64,000 bases of DNA from Massalongia carnosa. Its lineage: Eukaryota. The stretch spans positions 1,674,001 through 1,738,000 of the forward strand of contig OZ287085.1 in the NCBI GenBank assembly GCA_965645245.1, given 5' to 3'. The notes under the pieces were generated by a model. It worked only from the letters and a program-made list of their open reading frames with translations. It ran no database searches and was not told the origin of the DNA. Positions 47,705-60,200 of this stretch are shown here, piece by piece (the first letter of the stretch is position 1; each line of letters begins with the position of its first letter). Both the position numbers and the translations under genes were made by a program.

Positions 47705-50233
47705 GATTGAGGGGGAATGAGATAAAGGGAGATGAGGGAAAATGCTATGGAAGGCACTTTTGAATGTTGGTCGAACGTAATGTCACGAAATCAGGTCGAG
47801 GGCAAGGGCAAAGGCAAGGTGGGTTGATGGTCAAGCTTATTGATTGAGTCTATAGCTATGAATCTATGCTAGGCTAGGTTGGCTATTCAAGACGTTCGAC
47901 AAAGAATCAGAACTTCCATGATTCGGCTTCTTTCTTATATCTTTGTCCTCCCATATTCATCTTTCTAGGGTGGCGGCGAATGATGTCTAGTCAGTGCGAT
48001 GATGAATGAGGGGCATTATAGCGGCAATAAGCACGATGGGGTCAGCGAGGAGACGGGAGATGTCAAACATCAATGCGAAGCTATTAGACATGATAATAGT
48101 CGAAAGACGGGAATAAATCATCAATGCGAGGCTGATTAATGATCAGTAATCGGCGAATTCGAAGAATGATATGAGGGTCCCGAAGGCATGGCACGACGTC
48201 CGTGAGTAGTCATCAGATCAAGGCACGTGATAGAGGCACGTGGTGAGGTCGGAGGCATTTCATGACACATTAGAGGGACACTTCGGTATCGAAAAGACGC
48301 GAGAACTCATTACGAGAAAGTGCTTCTGGGAGACTCTCCGCCACGATGTCGAGAGCTATGTCAAGGGTTGCGACGACTGCTTATTCTAAAGCGGTCAGAC
48401 ACAAGCCTTACGGAAACCTACAGTTACTGCCAGTGCCAACTCATCACTGGAAAGACTTGTCTATGGATTTTGTGACGGAGTTGCCTGATTCTGCTGAGTA
48501 GAAGCGTGATAGCTACGATTCGATCCTGTTCATCGTCGACCGGCTTACGAAGACGGCGCACTATGAGCCAGTGCTGACAACGATCACTGCACCATGGCTA
48601 GCAGAAGTAATCATAGACGTGGTAGTTCGTCACCACGGCTTGCCAGACTCTATCGTCAGCGACCGCGGCTCAGTTTTCATTTTCAAGTTCTGGTCTTCCT
48701 TGTGCTACTTTTTAGGCATCAAGCGACGCCTCTCTACCGCGTTCCATCCACAGACCGATGGGCAGACCAAACGCCAGAACAGCACCATGGAAGCCTACCT
48801 TAGGGCGTTCGTCAACTAGGAACAAGACGACTGGGCGCGCCTGCTTCCGATGACTGAGTTTGCGTACAACAATGCGAAAAACGCGAGCACTGGGCATACG
48901 CCGTTCGAGCTCAACTGTGGTTACCACCCTCGTGTCTCATATGAGGAAGACATCGACCCCCGCTCCAGGTCCAAGTCAGCAGAAGAACTAGCTGCAGAAC
49001 TAAAGGACTTGATGGCTATCTGCAAGGAAACCCTTCAGCACGCACAAGAATGGCAGACAAAGGCCCACAACAAAGGAACCAAGCCACGGAGCTATGCACC
49101 TGGCGATAAAGTTTGGTTGAACAGCAAGTATATTAAGACCAAACGTAATCGCAAGCTAGAGGCTAAGTTCTTTGGGCCGTTCCGTGTCTTGCAACCAGTG
49201 GGCAAGCAAGCCTACAAGCTGGAGCTTCCAAAACGGTGGCGCATCCATGATGTCTTTCATGTATCACTGCTGGAGCAGGACACCACAAGGAAGGGGAGGG
49301 TGGACGAGAAGATCGCGGAGCAGCTGAAATTCGAAGCTGGTAACGATGAGGAGTACGAGGTTGAAGGCACTTTGGATAGCGCAGTCTATGCCAAGGAGTC
49401 AGAAGCTGGCCACCTACCAGGCCTCTACTATCTGGTCTCCTGGAAGGGCTATGCAGAGGATGAATGTACGTGGGAACCGGCGGCAGCGATCAAACACCTA
49501 CGGAAGATCGTCAAAGCCTACCATGAGGGTAACCCCACCAAGCCGACAGCAACCTCTCCTCCTATCGACACCGCACCGCCAATGGCTAAGCCGACCGTTA
49601 AGCCTAAAAGCAAGCGGAAACGCGGCTGACCAGCTACCAGAACTCGGAGCAAGAAGGCGAAGAAGTAGAAGCCTCGGGGTTTCTCTCCTGCCACCTACTA
49701 TGGAGTCTAGGAAAGGTTTTCCCTTCGTTTTCCCGTTATATTATCAGGGTTTAAGGGTTTTTCATCGATCTTGAGAAGTCTGTTTTCCGTATGTTCTCCC
49801 GTTGTCTTATCAGGGTTTTAGGGTATTTCATCGATCTCGACAAGTCGGTTTTCCTCATCAGTTCCCACTGGGTTGGGAGGTTTTTCATTGACTTCGGAGG
49901 CCGGTTTTCCTCCTTGCTATCATTCAAGGAAGGACATTTTTCACCGCCTGCCATACACATCATACCACCCACCTAACGTGTCATTACTATCCACTACACG
50001 CTCGGCAGAGCTCGCGTCCTAGAGGGGAGGCAATTGTAATACGGATGGCGCTAGAGGGCTACGTGATCGCCTAGGGCGGTTGTGGAATTAACTAGCATGA
50101 GCCAAGCCGTAGTATGAAGTCGCATTGCCGTCGAGGTTGCCACATCGCCACCTTGACACAACGCTATCTTACCACAACGCCACCTTGCCACACAATTTTG
50201 GATTAGTTACTACTACGTTCTAGACTGCTTACA

Positions 50234-51105
50234 GATCAAACACCTGTCGAGGCCGCGGTGGTAGATTGCCATTGAATGTAAGGCGAACTCCTGTGGACAC
50301 TAGCCATGAACTCTATATGGAATCTACTGGCCTCCTCGGATCTACTCGATCTCTTGATTGATCAAGATTTGTAGCAGGAGGCACGGCTAGCTGGACGCAC
50401 TTTGAGCTCAACCTCCCCGGTGTAAACTTCAGCTTCCACCTTTATTGCTACGCTGGTAGGGATGTCCGCTGAATGAACCTACATTGCCTTGTAGTCTAGA
50501 CCTTGTGTATAGAGGCAGGTCCGCAGTGTAGAGAGAGATTCAGTCGGAGGTAGCCTTCCACCGCTACGTTGGTAGTGGTGACGGCGAAATGAAGCTACAT
50601 AGCCTCGGCGTCTAGACTTTATATTTAGAGGCGGGCTAGCAATGTGGCGAGGGATCTAGCCGGAGGTAGAAGTGTTCTACCTTGCAAGGGAAGATCTAGA
50701 AGGCTGCTCGAGGCTGACTGGATGATTCAGTAAACGTCGAGTTCGTGGATGAATTCTGAGGTATGGTTGGATGTAAGGCGATAAGGTCAGAAGTGGGTTG
50801 CAAGGCTCCTAAGGTTCCAAGGCTCCAAAGGCTATAGGCTTAGGGTGAGTAGGATAAATACCAGAACGAATCCTGTAGCATTCGTTAGCAATTAGTCTTT
50901 ATTGTATGAACAACGTACGTTTGGGTCTCGGACGAGATCTCTTGGTCTAAGTACTTACCGTCTGCATCCAATGATGAATACGATCGTGTTCCATCAAGTC
51001 TGCGGTGTATAGAGTTACTTTGATCGCACCGCGCAGCTGGCTCAGCTCCACTTTCACGAGGAAGCAGGAAGATAGAACAGGTCGTAACGAAGTGTTTCGC
51101 TCTCA
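50234..51105 (-). mobile_element. Possible 5' remnant of another LTR element (LTR ~50874-51105 plus leader)
   Basis: TG..CA-bounded segment with AATAAA on the minus strand, followed by a leader with a ~110-bp duplication. No TSD or ORF. Confidence 0.3.
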
Positions 51106-51459
51106 AAGAAAATCAATGTTACTTGATGTTTCCCTCGGGTCCCGAGGGAAGCATTAACATTTGAAGCTGAAAATTCAAGGTAAACGTTATTATAATCGGC
51201 AATTACTTAGCCGTTGTTCGATTATTAAAATTCTTTCAGATTTTGATTCAGCGTAAAATTCTGCATATCATGAACATTATTACTTATTACGTTACAAATC
51301 ATCTCAGAATTTGGTTAATTTTATATGATGTTCGCATATTTAAAAGTTCTTCGATTAATCTCGCGTGCAGGAAAGGTCTCTTTTAAGCGAATTTCACATT
51401 CGCTTAATTTTTTTAGTGGCAGGAGACCTTCAAATCAAGAACCATGTATACAGATAATA

Positions 51460-51901
51460 ATGCTCACCCTTACTCTTATCCTCCTCCTTAATATCTCTCT
51501 CTTGCTTTTCGTTATTCTCAAACTTATCCTAATCATCTTTCTCCCGCTCATCCTTACCCTTTTTTTCTACCGTTATCCTTACTCTTCCATTTTTTTTAAA
51601 TCTTAACCTTACTCTTACCCCCATATTTTTCCTTATCTTTTCCCTTATCGTTCTTGTCATCTTTCCTGCATTCTTATTCTTACCCTCTTTTCCATTTTGT
51701 CCTATTTCTTATCCTTACTCTTCACTTTATTTTTACTTCAATTATACTTAAATTTCTACTTCTTTTTTATACTTCTACTCGAATCTTATCCTTACTTTTA
51801 CGTGAATTCTATCTTCTTTTTTAACCTCTAACTTAAATTTTTATATTATTCTTATCCAACGGCTTCTTTCTTTTAAATTCTTATTTATTATATTTTATTC
51901 C
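51460..51901. repeat. Pyrimidine-rich low-complexity tract (resumes at 58175-58223, 58447-58484 and 63764-64000)
   Basis: CTTATCCTT-like words and almost no G on the + strand. Confidence 0.85.
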
Positions 51902-54900
51902 TGTAACGGTTCGACCAAGCGTGGTGGGGACGGCAGGACCTACGGCGAACATAGCAGGAGTCCCAGTTATAGTAGAATAGAGCTTAGTCTGCGGAATAAG
52001 TATTGTGCCTTTTGGTCGGGAAGGACAGGTGGCGCAATGGTAGAAATCTATTCACTATCTCGCTTCGTCACAGAATACTTAGTCATCCATCGGTGTACTA
52101 GTCGTGAGTTCTATTTCTGACCTGAGTTCCTCGCTTTTTCGCCTTGCTTCTGTAATAGGGTAGGCCTAGTATGCGTTCGTTGAACGTAAGACTGGCCTAT
52201 GTGGCTATGTGGGATACGTAAAGCCAAAACAACCACCAAGACAATAAGGTCCCGCCTAACCCAGTTAGGCTTAGTGTGGGGACTTAACTTATTATGGAGG
52301 TGTTTTCGTAGTACACTAAGTATCCCCGCGCCTCGCCTCACCTCCCCTAGCTCGCCTGCCTAGTCTCATCTACCCGTGTCTTTCGGTGACCGAAGTATTT
52401 CGGTGACCGAAAATACCAGGTAGTATGGGCAAGGTACGGAAGAAGAGATTAGGTTGTGGATTGTCCTATTCTATATAGATGAATGATCAAGCACTTCAAA
52501 AGGGTAGCATTTAGTCTACCCTTTGTATTGTAATTGAAGCTCTGCTGGCATAGTAAAAAGCTCACTTTTGAAACGATTGATCTTTCTATCTTCCTATCTA
52601 AGGACCGTGTTTATATAGATAGAAAAACATGCCGAAAACCGTTCTCCCTATGACTCACCTTCCTACTTCCTGGAAATCTAAGATTGGTGATTGACTCATA
52701 TCCAATTTATGACTCGATGGGAATGTTCATAGAAGTTTTGCGGTGCTTCTCGAGGTCGTTATGTGTTGCCTAATGTTCTTACCAACGAACTAATCCCAAT
52801 GCGGTACTATGTGACTCTGAACACTTTACTAGGCATCAGCCGGGTGACTTTGCACATTACAACACTCCCACTGCAAAGTTGCCAGGTGAGTAATAATATC
52901 CTAAACGCCGGTTTCCAATCTGATTTTGTGTGGCCTATGTGGTCAATTTAAGTGGCCTTATGATGAAGCGTCCTCCATCTTCCTATGCCTCTCTTAGGCC
53001 TAATTTCTCGCGCAACTTTCGAAAGATAGGTGCCGCAAGTGGTTTAGTGAAGATATCTGCCACTATATCGTGAGTGGATACGTGCTGTATAGTGGCATAG
53101 TTGTCTTCAACGACCTCCCGAAGATAATGAAGCTGAATATCCATATGTTTGGACCGACTATGGTGCTCAGGATTTTTTATCAAATCGAGCGTACCCTGGT
53201 TGTCGCCATTTAGGATAATTGGTAGGTTCATATCTTTGGAGAAGTTCAACTCTCCGAACCATCTAGTTGCCCACACTATATCTTTTGAAGCCTGGCACAT
53301 GGAAGAATACTCTGCTTCCATGGTGGATGTGACGACTGACCGTTGCCTCTTACTGGCCCATATAACTGCCCCGTTTCCTAGCATCAGAACGTGGCCATAT
53401 GATGATTTTCTATCATGGTTATTACCATACGCTACATCAGCATAACTAGTGGGTCCGGTGTCATTGGGTTCGTAGGTAAGTCCCAAATTCGTGGTCCCAT
53501 TCAGATATTTTATGAGATGGTCTACCGCGTTTCGGTGCCTAATTGCTGGATCGTGCGTATATTGACTAAGCTTTCCAACTGCTTGGGCAATGTCTGGTCG
53601 TGTGTTGATCATCAAAAATATCAAACTCCCTATCCGTTCTTGATATTCTAATTGGTTTGTCCTAGGTTCGTTGACGATGAGGACTGCATGCATCATAGTT
53701 GATCATAGGGGTAAGGACTGAATTTGCTTTATCCATCTTATATTTCTGCAGGAAGCTGCGAATGTAAGATGATTGGTCAATCATTATTTTGTCTTTCTCG
53801 CGACGTATGCGAATCCCTAAGATGAACTTTGCTGGCCCTAAGTCTTTCATATTATATTCCTTTATTAGTAGACTTTTGAGCTCCTTTATGGCTGTCATGC
53901 TTTTGGAAAATATAAGAAAATCATCAACATAAAGGCTAATGATAACGTGGGTAGTGTGATTAACGAAAACACAATTGTCTCCTGAGAGCGCTTTGAAACC
54001 AATGGATGTTAGATAATTGGTTATCTTTTTATTCCATCCTCGGCCAGATTGTTTGAGACCATAGAGTCCTTTCAGAACGCGCAACACATGGTTCGTCAGA
54101 TGTGGGGGGAGCACCAAGCCTTGGGGAGGCTCCATATAGATTTCGTCATCTAGGGAGTTTGCAAGTATGCGTTTGGTGCGTCCATTTGCTCAATATGGAG
54201 GTTATATTTACATGCGAAATATAGGAGCATTCGTAAGGATTCATACCTTAGGGTGGATGAAAACGTGTCCCCATAGTCTGTCCCGGGGATTTGTTTGAAG
54301 CCCCTTGCTACTAATCGTGCTTTATAGCGGTCAACATGGTTAGTAGGGGTGTATTTCACTTTGAAGACCCATCTAGCGGTGATGATGTTCTTATCTGCTG
54401 GTCTTTCAACATATTTCCATGTATTATTGGCGGCGAGAGCATTTAATTCGTCTTGAATAGCAATTTTCCATTTGCGATGGTCAGTGCACTGCATGGCCTG
54501 ATTATATGACTGCGGCTCGTACACTTTGGATGGTTGTTTTGCTATATTTGCCCGGTCCCGGTCCTTTTTGTTTCCATAAGAGTTATCGAATTCGTATCGG
54601 TTATACACATCTTTCCTGCGGTTGGAACGTCTGGTAGGTGATGAAGACGGGGTCCTATTTGTCTCCTGAGTTTGGTTGTTTTGGTGCTGGGCACCTGCAT
54701 CATCTTGGTGCAGATTATCCTGAGCACCTGCATCATCATCCTGATGCTGAATACCATCGCCCTGGTGCTGATCACCATTAGTAGGAACTCCCACTTGATC
54801 AGTAGTAGAGTGGTTGGTTGGTGGTGACGATTCATTGTCATCGGAAGAGTCATCGTCATTTAGGACGACGGACAGGGATGATAGGCCTTTTGTAAGTAAG

Positions 54901-57900
54901 GATCCCCCCGGTCTTTTTTCATCAAACTTTATTGAAGTCTGAATTTCCACCTTTTTTGTTTCCACATTGTATAACCTATATTGATTGCTTGAATGATACC
55001 CGGTGAATATTGCCTGATATGACACATTATCTAGTTTGGAGCGTTTTTCCTTTGGGATATGCACAAAAGAGACGCATCCGAACGTACGAAGAGTGTTGAT
55101 GTTAGGTCTTAGCCCGGTCCAAGACTCATTAGGCGACGTGGTGTTGGTGGTAGGTAAGAAGTTTCTGAGGTGGTTTGCTGCTACTGCTGCTTCCCCCCAG
55201 AAAGATTGTGGCAATTTGGCCCATACCAACATAGACCTTACCATTTGAACAATGGTTCTATTGAATCTTTCGGCGACACCGTTCTGCTGGGGCGTGTATG
55301 CGGTGGTTGGCTCCATACGAATTCCTAATTGCTGAAGTTACTCTGCGAGATATTTATACTCTTTGGAATTATCAGCACGAAAGCGAATGATTTTGAGCCC
55401 CTTTTCCAACTCGACCATTGCCTTCCAGTCTTTTATGATGCGGTATATGTCTGCCCTACTTTTCATACAGAAGAGCCAAGATTTTCGGGTATAGTCGTCT
55501 ATCAAAGAAACGAAATAGGTATGCCCACCTAAACTGGCCTTCTTATATGGACCCCAAACGTCAGTATGTATTCTATCGAGTGGTCTATTTGCCTTCGAGA
55601 AAGGAATTTTGCTGATTGTACGGGTCATCTTAGTTAAATTGCAAATCTGGCACGGTAGGTCCAGAATTGCCTTTGAAAGTTTCTTCCCTGTTGCTTGTTG
55701 AAGTCGTATATCATTGGGGTGCCCCAATCGTGTGTGTCATAACCAATATTGGGCCTCATTGGTGGCCTCATTGGTGGTCTCTTTGGGTGCTCCCACTGGA
55801 TCGCTATCGATGCAGTCAGGGGTAATATGAGGAGGAGTTTTGGGTTGAATTTCGCCGGAGGAAAGCGAGGTCAGATATGTGGTTGATTTAAGGTTTGCCG
55901 GTGGTTCGGGCCATCTAAATCATCATTTTCATCATGGGCTTCGAGGGCCACATGAGATATGTGGAGGAAGTACGCCCGTCCCTTAAGAATTCCGGTAGCG
56001 ACCAAAGTACCATCCCTGAAAATCTCGACACCTCTCCGGTTAAATGAAACGTTCAAACCCTTCCGATTAAGGGCTGCAATTGATAGCAAGTTGACGTCTA
56101 GTTCAGGCACGAATAGAACGTCTGTCATCCGGATATTTTTCCCATCGATATTGGTGCAAATCGTACCTACTCCTACGGAGAAGAGTTTTTCGCCGTTTGC
56201 AATTCTAATGGTGGTCCGGTATGGCTTGATTTGGGTGAAGATCGATTTGTTGTATGTCATATGCCTGGAGGCTCCTGAGTCAATTACCCATCCAGGTGAG
56301 TGTTGATCATCTTGCGCCATCCACGCACTATCCCCACTATCACTATTCGATTCATCCTTTGCTGCTCGTGCTGCCCCCCTTCCTCTCGGTATGTTTTTGG
56401 ACTGCTTGTTATCACTCTTTGATTTTCGGTTATTTTCTAGTCTAGGTTTCACCTCATAAGGGTATTCTTTGACCCATTTTTTACCTTCATCTGTGTTGTC
56501 CTGCCAGTCCCAGCAATCATTGCTATTATGCCTCTTTGTGCAATGTGAGCATTTGGGGATTGCCTTACCCTTGTTAATGGCCTTATTGGCCGTCTCAGTC
56601 TCTTGCCCATCATTTAGTCGTTGCTCCACCCGTTTTAGGCTTTCCAGAGTCTTTTCTAATGTGGAATCACCAAGGTCTTCAAGGGTGAACTTCGCGGTGT
56701 CATAAGCTGGGTCCTTAATGGCGTTCATGAAGGTCATGGCCACAGACAGATCTGATGGCTGTTCTGAAGTCTTTATATCTGCGATTTCCATCGCAAGGTT
56801 CTGCAATTCATTGGCGACCTCATCGATGGGTTGATCGACTGACATTTCATATGTATAGAATTTTCTGTGAAGCACACATATTCTGCTTTTGGCTTTGACT
56901 CCATGGACGTTCCTCAATGCTGCCCAAACATCCTTGGCGGTCTCCTTGTTCCTAACAGTGACATATTGAGACTTTTCTATATTGCCTCTGATCCAGAGCT
57001 GTGCCTGAGTGTCATCAGTAAACCATTCCTCATAGTCTTTTGGATGGGTGACAGGGTCTGGAGAAGAAATGGCCCCGTTTACTATCCTCCACATCCTTTT
57101 AGATTTGAGAAGAAGTTGCATGTCATCGGCCCAGGTCAGCTAGTTGTTGGACCCAAGCTTCGGCTCTACTTTATAGTCTCCTTTTCGAATGGCTTTTGAA
57201 TATGATCCATCAGGGGTTGTGCCCTCTTTCGCAGGAGCTGCGGAATCGCTCTCTTTTCCAGACATGGTCCTATAATAGGAGAACTGATGGATGGAACGAA
57301 GAGAAGTATGGCTTCGTAACTTTGAAAAACAACAGAATAGATAGATTAATTTATGCGGAAGAAAAAATTGCTTTCCGGGCTCATAACCTATTGTAATTGA
57401 AGCTCTGCTGGTATAGTAAAAAGCTCACTTTTGAAACGATTGATCTTTCTATCTACCTATCTAAGGACCGTGTTTATATAGATAGAAAAACATGCCGAAA
57501 ACCGTTCTCCCTATGACTCACCTTCCTGCTTCCTGGAAATCTAAGATTGGTGATTGACTCATATCCAATTTATGACTCGATGGGAATGTTCATAGAAGTT
57601 TTGCGGTGCTTCTCGAGGTCGTTATGTGTTGCCTAATGTTCTTACCAACGCACTAATCCCAATGCGGTACTATGTGACTCTGAACACTTTACTAGGCATC
57701 AGCCGGGTGACTTTGCACATTACAACACTTTGACCCGACCCTACCTATTTTGTACCTCTATTGTGACCATCACGTTGTGTAGCCCCTGTGGATCCCATCT
57801 TCCAGTAGTGAATGCCTGCTGGGAGAAGGTCTCCCCGTTTCAGCTTCGACGGACTGAAGCTAGGACGAAACGGGAAAGCATTGGATAAAAACTCTCTAAT

Positions 57901-58169
57901 TCGGATCGGCGAGGGCCGTACGCTTAGAAGAGCCCATTCTTCGGGGCTAAGTATAAATGGAAGCGGCTAGGGGCTAGCCGCAGCTAGACGGGCGGTAGTG
58001 TAACGGTTCGACCAAGCGTGGTGCGGACGGCAGGACCTACGGCGAACATAGCAGGAGTCCCAGTTATAGTAGAATAGAGATTAGTCTGCGCACTAAGTAT
58101 TGTGCCTTTTGGTCGGGAAGGACAGGTGGCGCAATGGTAGAAATCTATTCACTATCTCGCTTCGTCACA
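51902..58169 (+). mobile_element. Non-autonomous miniature LTR element (TRIM-like, ~1.06 kb) split by a Copia
   Basis: 171-bp LTRs 51902-52072 and 57999-58169, TSD ATTCC, ~720 bp non-coding interior. Confidence 0.9.
52526..57727 (-). mobile_element. Full-length Ty1/Copia element with a few lesions
   Basis: 339-bp LTRs 52526-52864 and 57389-57727, TSD CTTTG, PBS GGTTATGAGCCCGG. ORFs 55871-57121 (gag/PR), 55338-55727 and 54150-55316 (IN/RT), 53662-54135 (YVDD), 52983-53696 (RNase H). Confidence 0.97.
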
Positions 58170-58223
58170 ATTCCTACTCTTTTTAGTTCTTCTCAAATTC
58201 TAAATCTTATTCATATCTTTATT

Positions 58224-58446
58224 TGTGGGTTTACCCCAACTCGTGGCACCAGACGTATGACTACGTCAGTGCTTGAGTTGGATGGTAAAGTTGTTCTATT
58301 AGCTAGTAGCGAGCGTGGGCTATATAGGCGTGTGTCCCTTTTCGGGGTCACGTGGCTGGCTAGGCGTCCCGTGCCTAACAGTGACGCGGGCCTTAATAGC
58401 CTCTAGTCGTGCCCACAGCCCGTTCTATCTACTAGTGCTACTAACA
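58224..58446. mobile_element. Solo LTR
   Basis: TGTGG..TAACA, TSD TTATT, internal TATATA. Confidence 0.85.
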
Positions 58447-58541
58447 TTATTCTTTCTTTTTATTATCTCTCTTCTTTGTTAAATACAGAAGGAGAATGAA
58501 ATTTCTCAAACGCCTTTTATCATTTGTTCTACTGTAAAAAA

Positions 58542-60200
58542 ATGACGCACGACGAAACTGAAAATGACCACGTGCAACGCAAGAATAATCATAGGAAAAC
58601 CAGAGACTCTTTACAAACCAGTATCGAATCGTACTTGAATCGTGTAGGAAACGTTAGCGGCCCGGACGCGTTACGTCTATTGCTTGAAGCAAGAAACGCG
58701 TTCCAAACGCAACAACAAATAGAAGACGACGAACCCTCCAACGAACAGGGCGACGTCTCGAGCACCCTGCGGGAGATAAAACAATCGCTAGAACGCATCG
58801 AGAAAGGAAAACCCATCGCGAAAAGCCCCCAAAGCTGTGCAGGCGCCGCCGCGGAGGGGGCTCGTAAAGAGAGCGACCGACGCGCAACGTCGACCACCGC
58901 CGGAAGTCGCAACAGGCCAGACCTCACGCAACGGGCAGTCAACGAAGCGATGCAGGCCAGGGTGTTCACTGTAACCATCCCGGTCGAGGAAGAAAAGGAT
59001 AAATTGAGACGACTATCGACCAAAGAATTGGTCGAAACGTTGCAGAGAAACGCTCCAGGAATACACGGAGTAACGAGACTCGCAAGTAGCGACATAAGTA
59101 TACACACCGAATCAGTTGAAGCCAAGAAGACTCTGAGCGAAAGTTCGGAGTTCTTAACCGGAATAGCCGCGTCAGCGATGGTCCAACGAAGAACCTACAT
59201 AGTGCAAGCAAGCGGCGTAAAGGTCGAACACGTTCAAACGAGCGATCAGGACAGAGCATTTCAATATATGCACACAGTAAACGCAAGATTACATCCGAAT
59301 CTGAAGATCGTGAAGATTTCCTGGTCCACCAAAGCAATCAGAGAAAAGAAACTGTATTCCACATTACGCCTGGAAGTCGCAACCCCAACGATGGCAAACC
59401 GCCTGATTACGGAAGGCCTACTGGTGGACTACGAAATCAAGCACTGCGAAATGCTTTCAAAGGGAAACAAACTGATGCAGTGCTTCAACTGCTACAAATA
59501 TAGACATAAAAGCAGATACTGCAAGCTTCCTACGAGATGCGGCCGCTGCGCCGGAGAACATCTGACGGACGAATGCAACGCAGAAATTACAGGCGGAGCC
59601 ACAGCCTACGCGGGCTGCGACTCGTGGGGGCACGTCGCGTGGTTCCCTTACTGCAAGGTGAGAATACTGGAGAAGAAAAAGATCGAAAAATCCAGAAAAA
59701 ACAAAGCATATCTGTACACCGTGGACGAGTCAACGCCGGTCCCCACTTTCGTCTTCACTCAAAACCCAACGATCCCACCTACCGCCCCGACGACACCACA
59801 AACCGTCAGCAATCCCACCCCGCCACCTATCACCCCAATCAAAGTAATCACGAACAAGAAGAGAAAGGTAGCTACCGCTGCCTCACCCACCACGCCCAAC
59901 CCCCGGTCCTCCGCCCCTCCCGGCCCCGTCCAAGGAGGAGCGTGGAAAGACATCGAGATCATGAAACCTAGCAATATGCAAAGACCGATGGCCAAGCCAA
60001 CTCTGGGCAGACCCCCAAACGTAGCAACCGCGCAGCAGGCTCCCGCCGCATCAGCAGCGCCGGAGACAGAAGCCACCCATCCCCCCCCCCGCGCCCCCTC
60101 TACGATTCCCCCCTCCCCTTCCTCTCCCCCCGAAGTCCCCCTCAATGTGGAACCGAAAACGATTCCCCCGCAAACGGAAAACATGGAAACTGATCTATGA
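58542..60200 (+). CDS. LINE ORF1 (gag-like, Zn knuckles)
   Basis: QCFNCYKYRH..C, CGRCAGEH..C and a Pro-rich tail. Confidence 0.88.
   Translation: MTHDETENDHVQRKNNHRKTRDSLQTSIESYLNRVGNVSGPDALRLLLEARNAFQTQQQIEDDEPSNEQGDVSSTLREIKQSLERIEKGKPIAKSPQSCAGAAAEGARKESDRRATSTTAGSRNRPDLTQRAVNEAMQARVFTVTIPVEEEKDKLRRLSTKELVETLQRNAPGIHGVTRLASSDISIHTESVEAKKTLSESSEFLTGIAASAMVQRRTYIVQASGVKVEHVQTSDQDRAFQYMHTVNARLHPNLKIVKISWSTKAIREKKLYSTLRLEVATPTMANRLITEGLLVDYEIKHCEMLSKGNKLMQCFNCYKYRHKSRYCKLPTRCGRCAGEHLTDECNAEITGGATAYAGCDSWGHVAWFPYCKVRILEKKKIEKSRKNKAYLYTVDESTPVPTFVFTQNPTIPPTAPTTPQTVSNPTPPPITPIKVITNKKRKVATAASPTTPNPRSSAPPGPVQGGAWKDIEIMKPSNMQRPMAKPTLGRPPNVATAQQAPAASAAPETEATHPPPRAPSTIPPSPSSPPEVPLNVEPKTIPPQTENMETDL

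Larger units (their letters stand above)
41588..48267 (-). mobile_element. Intact, very young Gypsy chromovirus G2
   Basis: 487-bp LTRs 41588-42074 and 47781-48267 (one difference seen), TSD CATTA, PPT GAAGGGGGAG, uninterrupted gag and pol. Confidence 0.98.
41265..50233 (+). mobile_element. Gypsy chromovirus G1, 5'-truncated and degenerate, split by G2
   Basis: HDDPL|EGHFGIEKT rejoins across G2. SDRG, HPQTDGQ, chromodomain, PPT AGAGGGGAGG, 3' LTR 50035-50233 (TGTAA..TTACA). Left end approximate. Confidence 0.9.
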
